Source of the DNA: a virus
IMG/VR virus record: IMGVR_UViG_3300010354_000045
Location: 64,001-128,000 of that record
Direction: 5' to 3' (one strand)
Length of the DNA: 64,000 nucleotides
Position numbers and translations under genes: made by a program. Under the pieces are notes generated by a model. It made no database searches. It worked only from the letters and a program-made list of their open reading frames with translations, and was not told the origin of the DNA. Below are positions 49,782 through 58,421 of the stretch, in pieces (the first letter of the stretch is position 1; each line of letters begins with the position of its first letter).

Positions 49782-51321
49782 GACCCAATTCCAATTCATC
49801 TAGTTTATCAATTTCGTCTTGAGTAAATTCATCACTGTGCTCAGATTGTACAGGTTCTGGGTCTACTTCGTCAAACAAATTGGCAAACATTGTAGATGCA
49901 TTAACTGTTTTCTTTCCAGTGGCACCTCTAGTGCCAATAATACTCATCCAGAAACGGCTATATTCTTCAACGACTGCATCTGCTACAGCACGATCGCTAG
50001 TTGAAAATATAGCTTCAACAATATCTTTAAAAAAGAGTCGGTCAAATTTTTCTTGTACTAGCATAGCAGGAATTCTACCGTTATCGTACTGTCGATTAGC
50101 TTCTTGTACAGCATTAATATGGCTCCAAACGTTATGACCCATTTGTATAGCGTAACTAAAACTATCCCAACTGGTACGACCTTCCTTGCCAATTTTGTTT
50201 AGGTCACCTGGCTTATAGATACAAATATCTTTAATTTCAACTTGATCAATTATTGGGCTTGATTCAAAGTTTTTAAAGATTCTGTCTTGGATGACCGCAT
50301 CTTTGAAGAGTCTTGAGTCTGTTGCATACTTTTTGTCATCAGCAGACGGCACCATTCGGTAGACCCATTTTGTTCTGTCTGCTGTTTCTGTTTGGATGTA
50401 GATCTGTCCGTTTGCTGTTGCCAGAAACGGTGAGGCGCAGTCAAAAGATATGGTAAAGTTTTCATTATGATATTTCCTTACAGCACGTTGTACATCAGTT
50501 AATAAAGTTGCCCACTCTAACTTTGATGTTCCTAGAAAGTGCATCCAATCTTGTTTGCCTTTTTCTAACAGACCATCAAATCTTAAAGACACAAGACGTT
50601 TTAAAGTCAAGTGTATATCACACATATTTTGCCCACCCATAGCCCATCCGTTAAAATGCCTATTGGGATATTTTTTAGGATCACAGTAGTGTTTCATACG
50701 TTGATACCAATCTTCAGCATCTGTATGATTTTCACCTTGTAAAACATTTAAAAATTTACAATTACCGTTTCGATTGTTAATAAACCAATCGTTGTTAATG
50801 TATGTACCTTGTACTGCTTCTGCGTATGTGGTAATACCAGTAGCTTTTTGACCAGCAGGACTACGAGCAACCCATGCTGGAATGTCTAAACACATACCAT
50901 AGTCCATAAGTGCATCCATCCACTTAAGAACTTGTTCACGTTTCTTCTGTGCTTTAGGGCAACTAGGATTTTTCCAGTCACCTTCCCACACACCTTTGCC
51001 AATTTGGAATCCACCACTATCACCTAATACCCAACTGGTAGAACGATTGCGATTTCGAAACATATCTTCGCCTTCGTCTGATTTATTGAGATCTAGGTTA
51101 GCATGACCTGCACTATATAAACACCAATTGTAATAAAATAGTCCTTTATCTGGTTCTAGATAGTTAAGACTTTCTACACCGTTTGTAAAACTTTTAGGAA
51201 TACGTGCAGGATCTACATAATTTCCATATCGTTGCTTGCCTATAAACGTGGCATAAAAACCAGACGTAGCAGGCAGGAATACCGCATAGTCATTCTGTGT
51301 TGATGTTAGATCACGATTCAA
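49768..51321 (-). CDS. dpdA: TGT-fold base-exchange transglycosylase, probable DNA-targeting DpdA
   Basis: GDSGGFQ, CLDIP, NVLQG, GWAMGG, HFLG and SFDCASP TGT catalytic motifs; no CxCxxC zinc site; clustered with folE and queE. Confidence 0.8.
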   Translation of the reverse strand: MNRDLTSTQNDYAVFLPATSGFYATFIGKQRYGNYVDPARIPKSFTNGVESLNYLEPDKGLFYYNWCLYSAGHANLDLNKSDEGEDMFRNRNRSTSWVLGDSGGFQIGKGVWEGDWKNPSCPKAQKKREQVLKWMDALMDYGMCLDIPAWVARSPAGQKATGITTYAEAVQGTYINNDWFINNRNGNCKFLNVLQGENHTDAEDWYQRMKHYCDPKKYPNRHFNGWAMGGQNMCDIHLTLKRLVSLRFDGLLEKGKQDWMHFLGTSKLEWATLLTDVQRAVRKYHNENFTISFDCASPFLATANGQIYIQTETADRTKWVYRMVPSADDKKYATDSRLFKDAVIQDRIFKNFESSPIIDQVEIKDICIYKPGDLNKIGKEGRTSWDSFSYAIQMGHNVWSHINAVQEANRQYDNGRIPAMLVQEKFDRLFFKDIVEAIFSTSDRAVADAVVEEYSRFWMSIIGTRGATGKKTVNASTMFANLFDEVDPEPVQSEHSDEFTQDEIDKLDELELGHDAT

Positions 51322-51517
51322 TTCGACCCCACTTTACCTTTAACCAAATTCTTTCATGTATATAGTAATCAATACTTAAAAGAATATGTAATGCTGTAGC
51401 AAAGCCGGTGGCATTACCAATATCACCTGTGAACATGTATGTCCACACAATAGTAAACAGCCAGGCAGTAATGCGATAGCTGATCATCCTTGCAATAGTT
51501 CGACGTTTAGTTTCCAT
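51311..51517 (-). CDS. DUF2061-like small membrane protein
   Basis: RTIAR.ISYR...YYIHERIW.KV.WG. Confidence 0.7.
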   Translation of the reverse strand: METKRRTIARMISYRITAWLFTIVWTYMFTGDIGNATGFATALHILLSIDYYIHERIWLKVKWGRIES

Positions 51518-52248
51518 TATTTAGATTGTGCAGGTAGGATATAATTGTAGACAGCAACACCGCTATCAACAGTAATCATCATTGCGCCAACATCGGCAAT
51601 CTTCATAGTGATGTCTCCAGGAAGATTAAGGATACTCATAACTTGAACAACCGGCCAACTCCAAGTTTGTTTTAGCTTACCAGTAACACCCGAATGAAAC
51701 ACAAAGCTACCTGCGTGTGTACTAGCATCACCGAAACTAAAAACTAAGTTGCCATTATCAGTTTTGACTTGAAATGTATTTTCTTCACTGTGTGCGTTGG
51801 CTTGAAATTTTAATCTTTGAATGCTAGCAACACTTGGTTCAATCTCAACATCCCAAGTAGATCCTTTAAATTTAACGCTCTTAAGTTTTTCGTTAATGAT
51901 TTCTTGATTCATAAATCTATAATCATTTTCAAAGTCGCCGGCAGCATTAACAAAGTGTAAGCCAGTTGGAATTTCTTCATTATTCCTCTGTTGTTTAACA
52001 ACATTAATCACAGCATTTTCTTTGTACTCCGGGCACTTTAAATGAATGTCGAGTTTGTTTAAGTTAGGCATTCCAAATGTGCCTTCAAAATCCGATACTG
52101 GATTGTGAGTTTTAGCATTAAGGATAACGCTGCGATCTTCAGCCATTGATTCGATCGACGTCTCTTTGTCATTAGACACGATCTTAACTAAAGGTAAAAA
52201 GCCAATACTATGAGTATGTGCTACTAGGTCTTGTAAAAAATCTTTCAT
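51517..52248 (-). CDS. DNA polymerase sliding clamp (gp45/PCNA-like)
   Basis: About 243 aa, alpha/beta two-domain pattern, C-terminal YNYILPAQ, near polB; start at 52248 has a GGAG RBS. Confidence 0.7.
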   Translation of the reverse strand: MKDFLQDLVAHTHSIGFLPLVKIVSNDKETSIESMAEDRSVILNAKTHNPVSDFEGTFGMPNLNKLDIHLKCPEYKENAVINVVKQQRNNEEIPTGLHFVNAAGDFENDYRFMNQEIINEKLKSVKFKGSTWDVEIEPSVASIQRLKFQANAHSEENTFQVKTDNGNLVFSFGDASTHAGSFVFHSGVTGKLKQTWSWPVVQVMSILNLPGDITMKIADVGAMMITVDSGVAVYNYILPAQSK

Positions 52249-52268
52249 GTAAGTCTCCATTAAATTAG

Positions 52269-52297
52269 ATTATATTTAGATCGTTGATAAAAGTCAA
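52269..52297 (-). promoter_or_regulatory. Sigma70-type promoter TTGACT-N17-TATAAT overlapping CTAAATA
   Basis: Near-consensus, upstream of the clamp gene. Confidence 0.8.
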
Positions 52298-53058
52298 CGA
52301 ATTTTTTCATTATATTCAACCGATTCGTTCAATATTGTTATTGGTTTATTTAGACCGCAACTATATTTTATAAACGCTTTAGTATCCTTGGGAAAACAAT
52401 GACCTCCCCATCCTCGCCGACCGTCGGGCCCGGGAACCATTGTGTGATCCATGCCAATTCGATTATCATGGCCTAATACTTGTCTTACAACATCGAATTC
52501 AGCACCACTAGCTTGGCACACATCATATATTTGATTAAAGAAACTGGTTTTAATTGCTAAGAAACTATTGGCAGTATATTTTATAATACTAGCCTCTAGA
52601 CTACTACAATTAAAAAAGATTGTGCAGTGCGGCAAAGTCTTTGTGAATAAGTCCTGCCAAAAACAGTCAGGATCTTCTCCTCCTAATATCATAAATTTTT
52701 GATTTTGAAAATCTTGATTTGCAGTATTTGCTCTTAAAAACTCCGGACTAAAAGTTAAGCTGTGATCTTGATATTTTTCTTCAAGTAATTTAACAACATC
52801 TGGACTTACTGTACTTTTAATTAGAACAGGTATATGCAATGGACACTGATCTAATACTGCTATAATTTGACTAGCATCACATCGTCCGTCAATAGTACTA
52901 GGAGTACCAACACAAATTATTAATCCTTCTGCATCCGGATGATTTGAAATTTTATTATTGTTTATAACAGGATCTATAATTTCAATAGAGTAGTTATTTT
53001 TTAAGTTATTTGTTACGGCTTTACCAACAAAACCGTAACCCGCTATAAGTATCTTCAT
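52294..53058 (-). CDS. ugd: UDP-glucose/GDP-mannose 6-dehydrogenase family protein (short form)
   Basis: GYGFVG, ICVGTP, IKSTV, SPEFLR, K..N.FLA.K, GWGGHCFPKD; start reassigned to the ATG at 53058. Confidence 0.85.
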   Translation of the reverse strand: MKILIAGYGFVGKAVTNNLKNNYSIEIIDPVINNNKISNHPDAEGLIICVGTPSTIDGRCDASQIIAVLDQCPLHIPVLIKSTVSPDVVKLLEEKYQDHSLTFSPEFLRANTANQDFQNQKFMILGGEDPDCFWQDLFTKTLPHCTIFFNCSSLEASIIKYTANSFLAIKTSFFNQIYDVCQASGAEFDVVRQVLGHDNRIGMDHTMVPGPDGRRGWGGHCFPKDTKAFIKYSCGLNKPITILNESVEYNEKIR

Positions 53059-53059
53059 A

Positions 53060-55726
53060 TTAAAATTCAAACAGGCTGTTAAATGTGTTCTTTTCTTCAG
53101 TGGATCTAATATCCCAATTTAGAACACCGATTAGATTTTCTAACTTGTTATCAATGATAGTGGCTTCCATCTCGTCATGATCAAAAGGCAAATCCTTAAA
53201 CCATTGCGGCAACCTAAGTTCGTCAACAGGATACGCAACACTAGTAAATTCTAATGGATTAGGTTTAAGTTTACAAACAATAACTTTAGCACCATCAGTA
53301 ATGTTCATACTATACTTGTCACTGAACATACGCTTTAATGTGTTCCAGTTAATACTAGCGCGAACATGCCCAGGCATATTGGCTTTACCTTGTTTCTTTT
53401 CTTTGGCCTCATACTCAGTGATATTGTTAGCACGTTTAGGACTACCCTTCTCCCAACCTGGTCTTGCCTTAAATTTAATTCTAAATTCGGCAATATGATC
53501 TAACACTTCTTGTTCTGTACTACCAGTTAACACTTTTTCAAGAACTTCACTTAAAAAATCTTGGATAAATTCTGGAGTGTCACTGCGTTTGAGATCTAAT
53601 CCCATAGCTTTAATTTTTCCGGGCTTACCTTCAATGTCAAGACGTTTGCCTTCTTTGTCGTAATAAAGAACTGCATAACGCTTTTTAGTAATAAACAAGC
53701 TCTTACTACCAACAATTTCTCGACCTGCTTTAATTACTTCTCCGCGTGTCTTTGGAACATGGAAAGCATCTAACATAAATTGAGGAAACGTTTGGTTAAC
53801 TTCTCCGCCAATTTGATCGTACAGTTGAATAATAGTATCTTTAGTCCAGGGAATATGCCCAGCATCAATTTCATTTTTTAAAGTCTTGAAAGCACTAAAG
53901 TAACAGGAATCTGTATCGCCGTAGATGATGGCCTTGCCAACATGGTTATATTCTCCTGTAATGATTTCATTGACCTTTCCAGCCATGTGCTTTGCAATCT
54001 GACGCCCAGTAAGAGTTGTAGATTGGCCGATACGCTTATCAAAAAAGCGACACCCAGGATTAAGGATGGCACCATAGAGCGAATTAAGGTTAATCTTTTT
54101 AACCAACTGTCTTTTGTCCCAATACTCCTCTTCAATTTTGTTACCAGCATTTATAGCCTCCTTTAGTTTAGCCTGCATTTCCTTACGTTCAGCATACCAG
54201 CGCTTTAACAGTCCTGGAATTATGCCTTCTTTTTCGTAAGTAAATATAGTGCCATTCGCCGAAAGCATCCAAGGCTGATTACTTTCATAGATTAGCCTAT
54301 AGACCTCAGCAGCACTTAATACATCACTATCCCCATTTTCCCAGTCAATAGTAATGTCAGTGCCAATTTCACAGTTCATAACTGCGGTATATTCTAAACT
54401 GCCAAATAACCCTTCCCAAGCTGCCGCAAAACTTTTTCCTTTATTAATTTGATCTTGAATATGTGCATCTGTTAATGTTTGACGAAGTTGTCCTATAATT
54501 GTTTCAGGACCCATGTTTAGTGCTCTAATAGCACTAGGATAAAGACTGTTAATGTCTAATGAACCTACCCAGTCGTGTATACCTTCTTTAGGATAAGCAA
54601 CATAAGCTCCGGCAGCATTAGTGTTTTCTCTATCATCCATTTTAGGACGATTCGGAACTTGGAATCCTCTACGATGAGATTCGTTAATAATGGCCTGTTC
54701 AGTAACAGCAACCGCGCCCATAGTAGTTTGAATCAGCACAGTATTTTCATGCGCTAGAGTATTAGCTAGATCCAGAAACTTGAGTTTTTTATCGAGTTTG
54801 TCCAATAGAGCACAGTCTTGTCTGTTGTATTCAATAAATGTTTTGAAGTCGTTGTTGTATAACTGGTCCAGCGTTCCTTCATATTGGGTTTTTCTTTCCC
54901 CAAGTTCGTATTCCGCGATGGCATCCAATCGATAGCTGTGCCTTTCTTCATATGTATACTTTCTGTAAAGTTCAAGGTAGTCAACATGAACACGACCAAT
55001 AAAGTCATAGGTAGTTGCTGTACGACCAAATTTTTCGTATTCTCTCTTTTTCGGCAGTAAATTAAACAAACAAAATTTTCTTGTATCTTCTTTACTCAAA
55101 ACTTTTGTAACACGATTTACAGTATATGGAATATCAAAGCCTTCACTATTCCATCCGCTTAACACATCTGCATCTTGTATTAGATCTAAGAAAGTATCTA
55201 ACAAATCTGCTTCTTTATTAAACAGCATAGTATTAGGGAATTCTTTAATCGCCTCTTTAGCCTGCTCCATAGTCATAGTCTTCGGAGGAATAGCTAAACA
55301 GACCATAGTATCTAACCATTGCAAGTGAACGGCAATGGCAGTAATAGGCATAAATGCGTCATCTGGTGATGCATAGCCTCTCTCTGGATCAAAATCTACC
55401 TCAATATCAAAAAATGCTGCATTTAATTTTGGTGCATCTGCATTCAGATAATTTTCACTTAAACATACAAAAATAGGATTGATATCTGCTTCGTACATTT
55501 CTCGACCACTATTAATGGCCATTTCTTTACGAAGTTCTTTGGTATTTTTACAAACGATTCTAGTCAAGGAATCGCCGTAGATAGATTGGTGTTTGCCCTT
55601 GGGGTCTTTAACGTAAAAGGTGTGCCTTACAGGAATATCTTTGTATTCTCTCTCACCTTTCTTATTTCTTTCGACGATGCGGATAAGATCATTATCCCTG
55701 TCGAAATAAGCGTCGACATAACTCAT
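53060..55726 (-). CDS. Family B DNA polymerase (T4 gp43-like)
   Basis: ExoI FDIEV, ExoII GWNSEGFDIPY, ExoIII YNRQD, DINSLYP, KINLNSLYG, YGDTDS, KKRY; C-terminal NSLFEF clamp-binding-like motif. Confidence 0.97.
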   Translation of the reverse strand: MSYVDAYFDRDNDLIRIVERNKKGEREYKDIPVRHTFYVKDPKGKHQSIYGDSLTRIVCKNTKELRKEMAINSGREMYEADINPIFVCLSENYLNADAPKLNAAFFDIEVDFDPERGYASPDDAFMPITAIAVHLQWLDTMVCLAIPPKTMTMEQAKEAIKEFPNTMLFNKEADLLDTFLDLIQDADVLSGWNSEGFDIPYTVNRVTKVLSKEDTRKFCLFNLLPKKREYEKFGRTATTYDFIGRVHVDYLELYRKYTYEERHSYRLDAIAEYELGERKTQYEGTLDQLYNNDFKTFIEYNRQDCALLDKLDKKLKFLDLANTLAHENTVLIQTTMGAVAVTEQAIINESHRRGFQVPNRPKMDDRENTNAAGAYVAYPKEGIHDWVGSLDINSLYPSAIRALNMGPETIIGQLRQTLTDAHIQDQINKGKSFAAAWEGLFGSLEYTAVMNCEIGTDITIDWENGDSDVLSAAEVYRLIYESNQPWMLSANGTIFTYEKEGIIPGLLKRWYAERKEMQAKLKEAINAGNKIEEEYWDKRQLVKKINLNSLYGAILNPGCRFFDKRIGQSTTLTGRQIAKHMAGKVNEIITGEYNHVGKAIIYGDTDSCYFSAFKTLKNEIDAGHIPWTKDTIIQLYDQIGGEVNQTFPQFMLDAFHVPKTRGEVIKAGREIVGSKSLFITKKRYAVLYYDKEGKRLDIEGKPGKIKAMGLDLKRSDTPEFIQDFLSEVLEKVLTGSTEQEVLDHIAEFRIKFKARPGWEKGSPKRANNITEYEAKEKKQGKANMPGHVRASINWNTLKRMFSDKYSMNITDGAKVIVCKLKPNPLEFTSVAYPVDELRLPQWFKDLPFDHDEMEATIIDNKLENLIGVLNWDIRSTEEKNTFNSLFEF

Positions 55727-55736
55727 AGTTTCTCCA

Positions 55737-55783
55737 TGCGATTTTAGGCTCGCAAATACCGATGTAGCGGATTATGGCCCGCT
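55737..55783 (-). promoter_or_regulatory. Twin 5-bp-stem/8-nt-loop hairpins upstream of the polymerase RBS (candidate autogenous operator)
   Basis: AGCGG-GCCATAAT-CCGCT and TGCGA-GCCTAAAA-TCGCA, the latter 1 nt before GGAG. Confidence 0.6.
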
Positions 55784-55805
55784 TTGCCCACATATTGTAC
55801 TATTT

Positions 55806-56063
55806 TTAGATACGTTTAGTAATATCCAAAATAGCTTCAATTTCTTCCCAGTCTTCATTGTAGGCTTTCCAATCACCTTTGTGTGCGATCTTAATTGCTT
55901 TGTTAATGACGCTAGGTTTGATTTGTAATTCTTCTGCTACTGCCTTGACTGTTTCTTTTAAGCCTTCTTGTAAGTCTTCAACTTCACGTAGAACTGTTGA
56001 GCCTTCAGCAATTAGCCTTTCCAATTTTGCCTTTTCTTCTGCACCGTATGAACGACCTGCCAT
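55806..56063 (-). CDS. T4 DsbA-like / GapR-like small dsDNA-binding protein
   Basis: L.RLI.E...L...EDL.E.LKE.VK...EEL.IKP..INK.IK.AHK pattern, 85 aa. Confidence 0.6.
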   Translation of the reverse strand: MAGRSYGAEEKAKLERLIAEGSTVLREVEDLQEGLKETVKAVAEELQIKPSVINKAIKIAHKGDWKAYNEDWEEIEAILDITKRI

Positions 56064-56086
56064 TATATTCTCCTCTAAATAAGCCT

Positions 56087-56115
56087 ATTGTATATTACTT
56101 AGCTACACTTGTCAA
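56087..56115 (-). promoter_or_regulatory. Sigma70-type promoter TTGACA-N17-TACAAT
   Basis: Heads the replication operon; CTAAGTA in the spacer. Confidence 0.8.
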
Positions 56116-56120
56116 TACGT

Positions 56121-56149
56121 AAAAGAAAAACGGCGGATAATCCGCCGTT
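56121..56149 (-). terminator. Rho-independent terminator
   Basis: AACGGCGGA-TTA-TCCGCCGTT followed by TTTCTTTT on the - strand, just after the stop at 56167. Confidence 0.88.
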
Positions 56150-56166
56150 GTTCAAAGGTTGATAAT

Positions 56167-58098
56167 TTATTTTTTACCAGCGCCCATGTCTAATTCGGGT
56201 GCTCTTTCTGAATCAGAAGGTTTTGGCCCTTCAGGTTTCTTTTCTGGAGCAACTGATTGATTAACTCTATCAATAAGATTCTGTGCTTTTTCAAGCTCAG
56301 TGAACACTTCTTGATCTTCGATATCTGCAAGTTGACTCATTATAGCTTGGATTTCTTTTATAAGCTCTTTTTGTTTGTCGGTTAATTGTTTTTCAGGAGC
56401 CGCGTTCGCCGCATTAGCTGTATTAGCTGCATTAGCTGCATTAGCCGCATCGGCTGCATTAGACGTAGTATTACCTCCGGCTGCTTGGTCTGAACTACCA
56501 GCTCCAGCTGGTTGAGCGCCTTGTCCTGAACTACCAGTTCCAGCCTGTTGTGCTGCTGATCCTGCATCAGAATCTCTATTAGCTAGATATCCTACACCGC
56601 CCGCAGCCGCTGCGGTAGCTAATCCAGTTTTAACCGGATTGTTGGCAATGGCTTGACCTGTTCTGTTGGCACCGGTTGCAAGCCTAGTAGCTGGATTAAC
56701 AGTACCAATACCTGCTCTTGCTTGTTGAGCTAATTGTGCAGGAGTTAACGGCTTTTTACCTGCTGCTACTCTTGTTGCATTTGTAGCAGCTTGGCTTGCA
56801 GCTAGTTCATCAGCAGTGCGTGTTGTTCCTTGAGCAGCTCGACCACGTAGTCCACCTATGAGATTTTTTCCAACGTTCACTGCACCTCTTCCAAGTCCGC
56901 TGATGACATCAAATATACCCTCGTCGACTTCGGCATCCGGAGAATAATCTCTTTGACTTCTTTCTAATAGGATTAGTTTATTTCTTAGATTGGCCATACT
57001 TTCGGCTACATCTTCTCTAATTCCTGCTGCACCATATGTTTCTGGGCCAGGCATTCCGTCTGCTTTAATTCCTTTTTTCTGTTGCCAAGCTTTAAGTTTA
57101 GCTGCTGTTTCAGGTCCCATAATACCATCTGGATTAGCACCTATAATTTTTTGTAATTTGGCTAATTTGTTATCGCTAGCCGGCATACCAGCTTGCCCAG
57201 ATGAAGATTGAGCAGTTTGTGTAGGTTTATTACTATTAGCTACTGCTGTTTTAATTTCTTCATCGTCTGGAAAAAAACTTCCAGTACGAGCCTTGTCTCT
57301 TCCTGCGTTGTATCCTGCTAGTCCCAGACTAGCAGCAGTTCCGACACCTGGTATCATACCAGCTAGACCAGCTGCACCAGAAAGAGCAGCACCTGTATAA
57401 TCACCTTGTTGCGCTCTTCTGTATGCATCGTATCCACCAGCAGCTAATCCTAATCCAGGAATAGCTTTACCGATAGTTGACCATACTCCTTCATCAGTTT
57501 GCTGATAGCCAAAACTTTCTACTAATTCTTTAGAAATACTTCTCTGACCAACAGATTCTCTTAGCGTTCTTTCTAATTCAAACATACGTGTGCTTAGTTT
57601 AAACAGTGCGTCTTTAATAAATGCATCGCCTGAAATTTTTGCACCTGTTTGTGCGCTTGACTTTTTAACTTGATCAAATTCTTGGCCTGCTTTGCCGCCG
57701 GTTAGTAAGTTAGTTAATCCTGCAGGACCTTGTGCATTTTGTGGAACTAGTCCTAACTTCATTAATGGTTGCCAATCGGCTGGTGTTGGCGGAGCAATCT
57801 GCGGAGCACCGCCAGTTTGACCATCCATTCTTTTACTTGTAGCAACAACAAATTCACCCTTGCTATTAAATAAACCAGGTAATCCTGCTTTGTCTGCTAA
57901 ATCAGCTAGGGCAACGTTGCCTGCTGTAACAGGATCAAAGGTTGTAAATGCTTTCCAACCGCCCTTAGCCTTATCCATCGCAGCCTGTCTAGCAGCCATT
58001 TTTTCTATTTCCTGTACTTGCTGGAGAGTTACTGCTTCCGAAATAACTTGAGTGTTTTCTATTGCTTCAAGTTCTTGAAGTAATGCTTTAAAATCCAT
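56167..58098 (-). CDS. Probable virion-internal/ejection protein with peptidoglycan-binding domain
   Basis: PG_binding_1-like LQKIIGANPDGIMGPETAAKLKAWQQKKGIKADGMPGPET; Gly/Ala-rich hydrophobic helices; several (I/L/V)xE motifs. Confidence 0.65.
   Translation of the reverse strand: MDFKALLQELEAIENTQVISEAVTLQQVQEIEKMAARQAAMDKAKGGWKAFTTFDPVTAGNVALADLADKAGLPGLFNSKGEFVVATSKRMDGQTGGAPQIAPPTPADWQPLMKLGLVPQNAQGPAGLTNLLTGGKAGQEFDQVKKSSAQTGAKISGDAFIKDALFKLSTRMFELERTLRESVGQRSISKELVESFGYQQTDEGVWSTIGKAIPGLGLAAGGYDAYRRAQQGDYTGAALSGAAGLAGMIPGVGTAASLGLAGYNAGRDKARTGSFFPDDEEIKTAVANSNKPTQTAQSSSGQAGMPASDNKLAKLQKIIGANPDGIMGPETAAKLKAWQQKKGIKADGMPGPETYGAAGIREDVAESMANLRNKLILLERSQRDYSPDAEVDEGIFDVISGLGRGAVNVGKNLIGGLRGRAAQGTTRTADELAASQAATNATRVAAGKKPLTPAQLAQQARAGIGTVNPATRLATGANRTGQAIANNPVKTGLATAAAAGGVGYLANRDSDAGSAAQQAGTGSSGQGAQPAGAGSSDQAAGGNTTSNAADAANAANAANTANAANAAPEKQLTDKQKELIKEIQAIMSQLADIEDQEVFTELEKAQNLIDRVNQSVAPEKKPEGPKPSDSERAPELDMGAGKK
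56402..56460. repeat. 9-bp microrepeat (gcattagct) encoding AAN repeats
   Basis: cgcattagctgtattagctgcattagctgcattagccgcatcggctgcatt. Confidence 0.75.
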
Positions 58099-58102
58099 TT
58101 TT

Positions 58103-58417
58103 TCAATCCTCTTTATTCTTTAGTCTTACACGTTCTGCTATTACAGAAGCATATTGATTAATAAGAGCTCTGCGCTGTTCTTTTTCTTTTAATATTTCTT
58201 CTTCAGCCTCCATAAAATACTTTTTTAGTAAAGTATCTTTTTGTTTTGCTGGTTGAGATTTTTGATAATGTTGCATGGTCATTTGTACAGGCAAACTAAC
58301 TTTATGAGGACTAGTTCCTTCGTTTACTATCTGTACAAAACGTTTCATGTCGTTAGATCCTTCTACAGGCTTCGATGAAGCTCCGTCGATGGCCTGTAGA
58401 ATTTTCCTCATATCCAT
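58103..58417 (-). CDS. Hypothetical protein (probable head-internal)
   Basis: MDMRKILQAID N-terminus. Confidence 0.5.
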   Translation of the reverse strand: MDMRKILQAIDGASSKPVEGSNDMKRFVQIVNEGTSPHKVSLPVQMTMQHYQKSQPAKQKDTLLKKYFMEAEEEILKEKEQRRALINQYASVIAERVRLKNKED

Positions 58418-58421
58418 GATA

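Noticed and set aside
49768-51321. tRNA-guanine transglycosylase for queuosine tRNA modification
   Set aside because: It lacks the CxCxxC zinc motif of tRNA TGTs, no queA/queF or tRNA genes are in the window, and it sits next to replication genes. DNA targeting is preferred but not proven.
54240-54510. Intein or intron in the DNA polymerase (extra segment after SLYP)
   Set aside because: The ORF is continuous, with no C/S...HN splice motifs or homing endonuclease motifs; it looks like an ordinary lineage-specific insertion.
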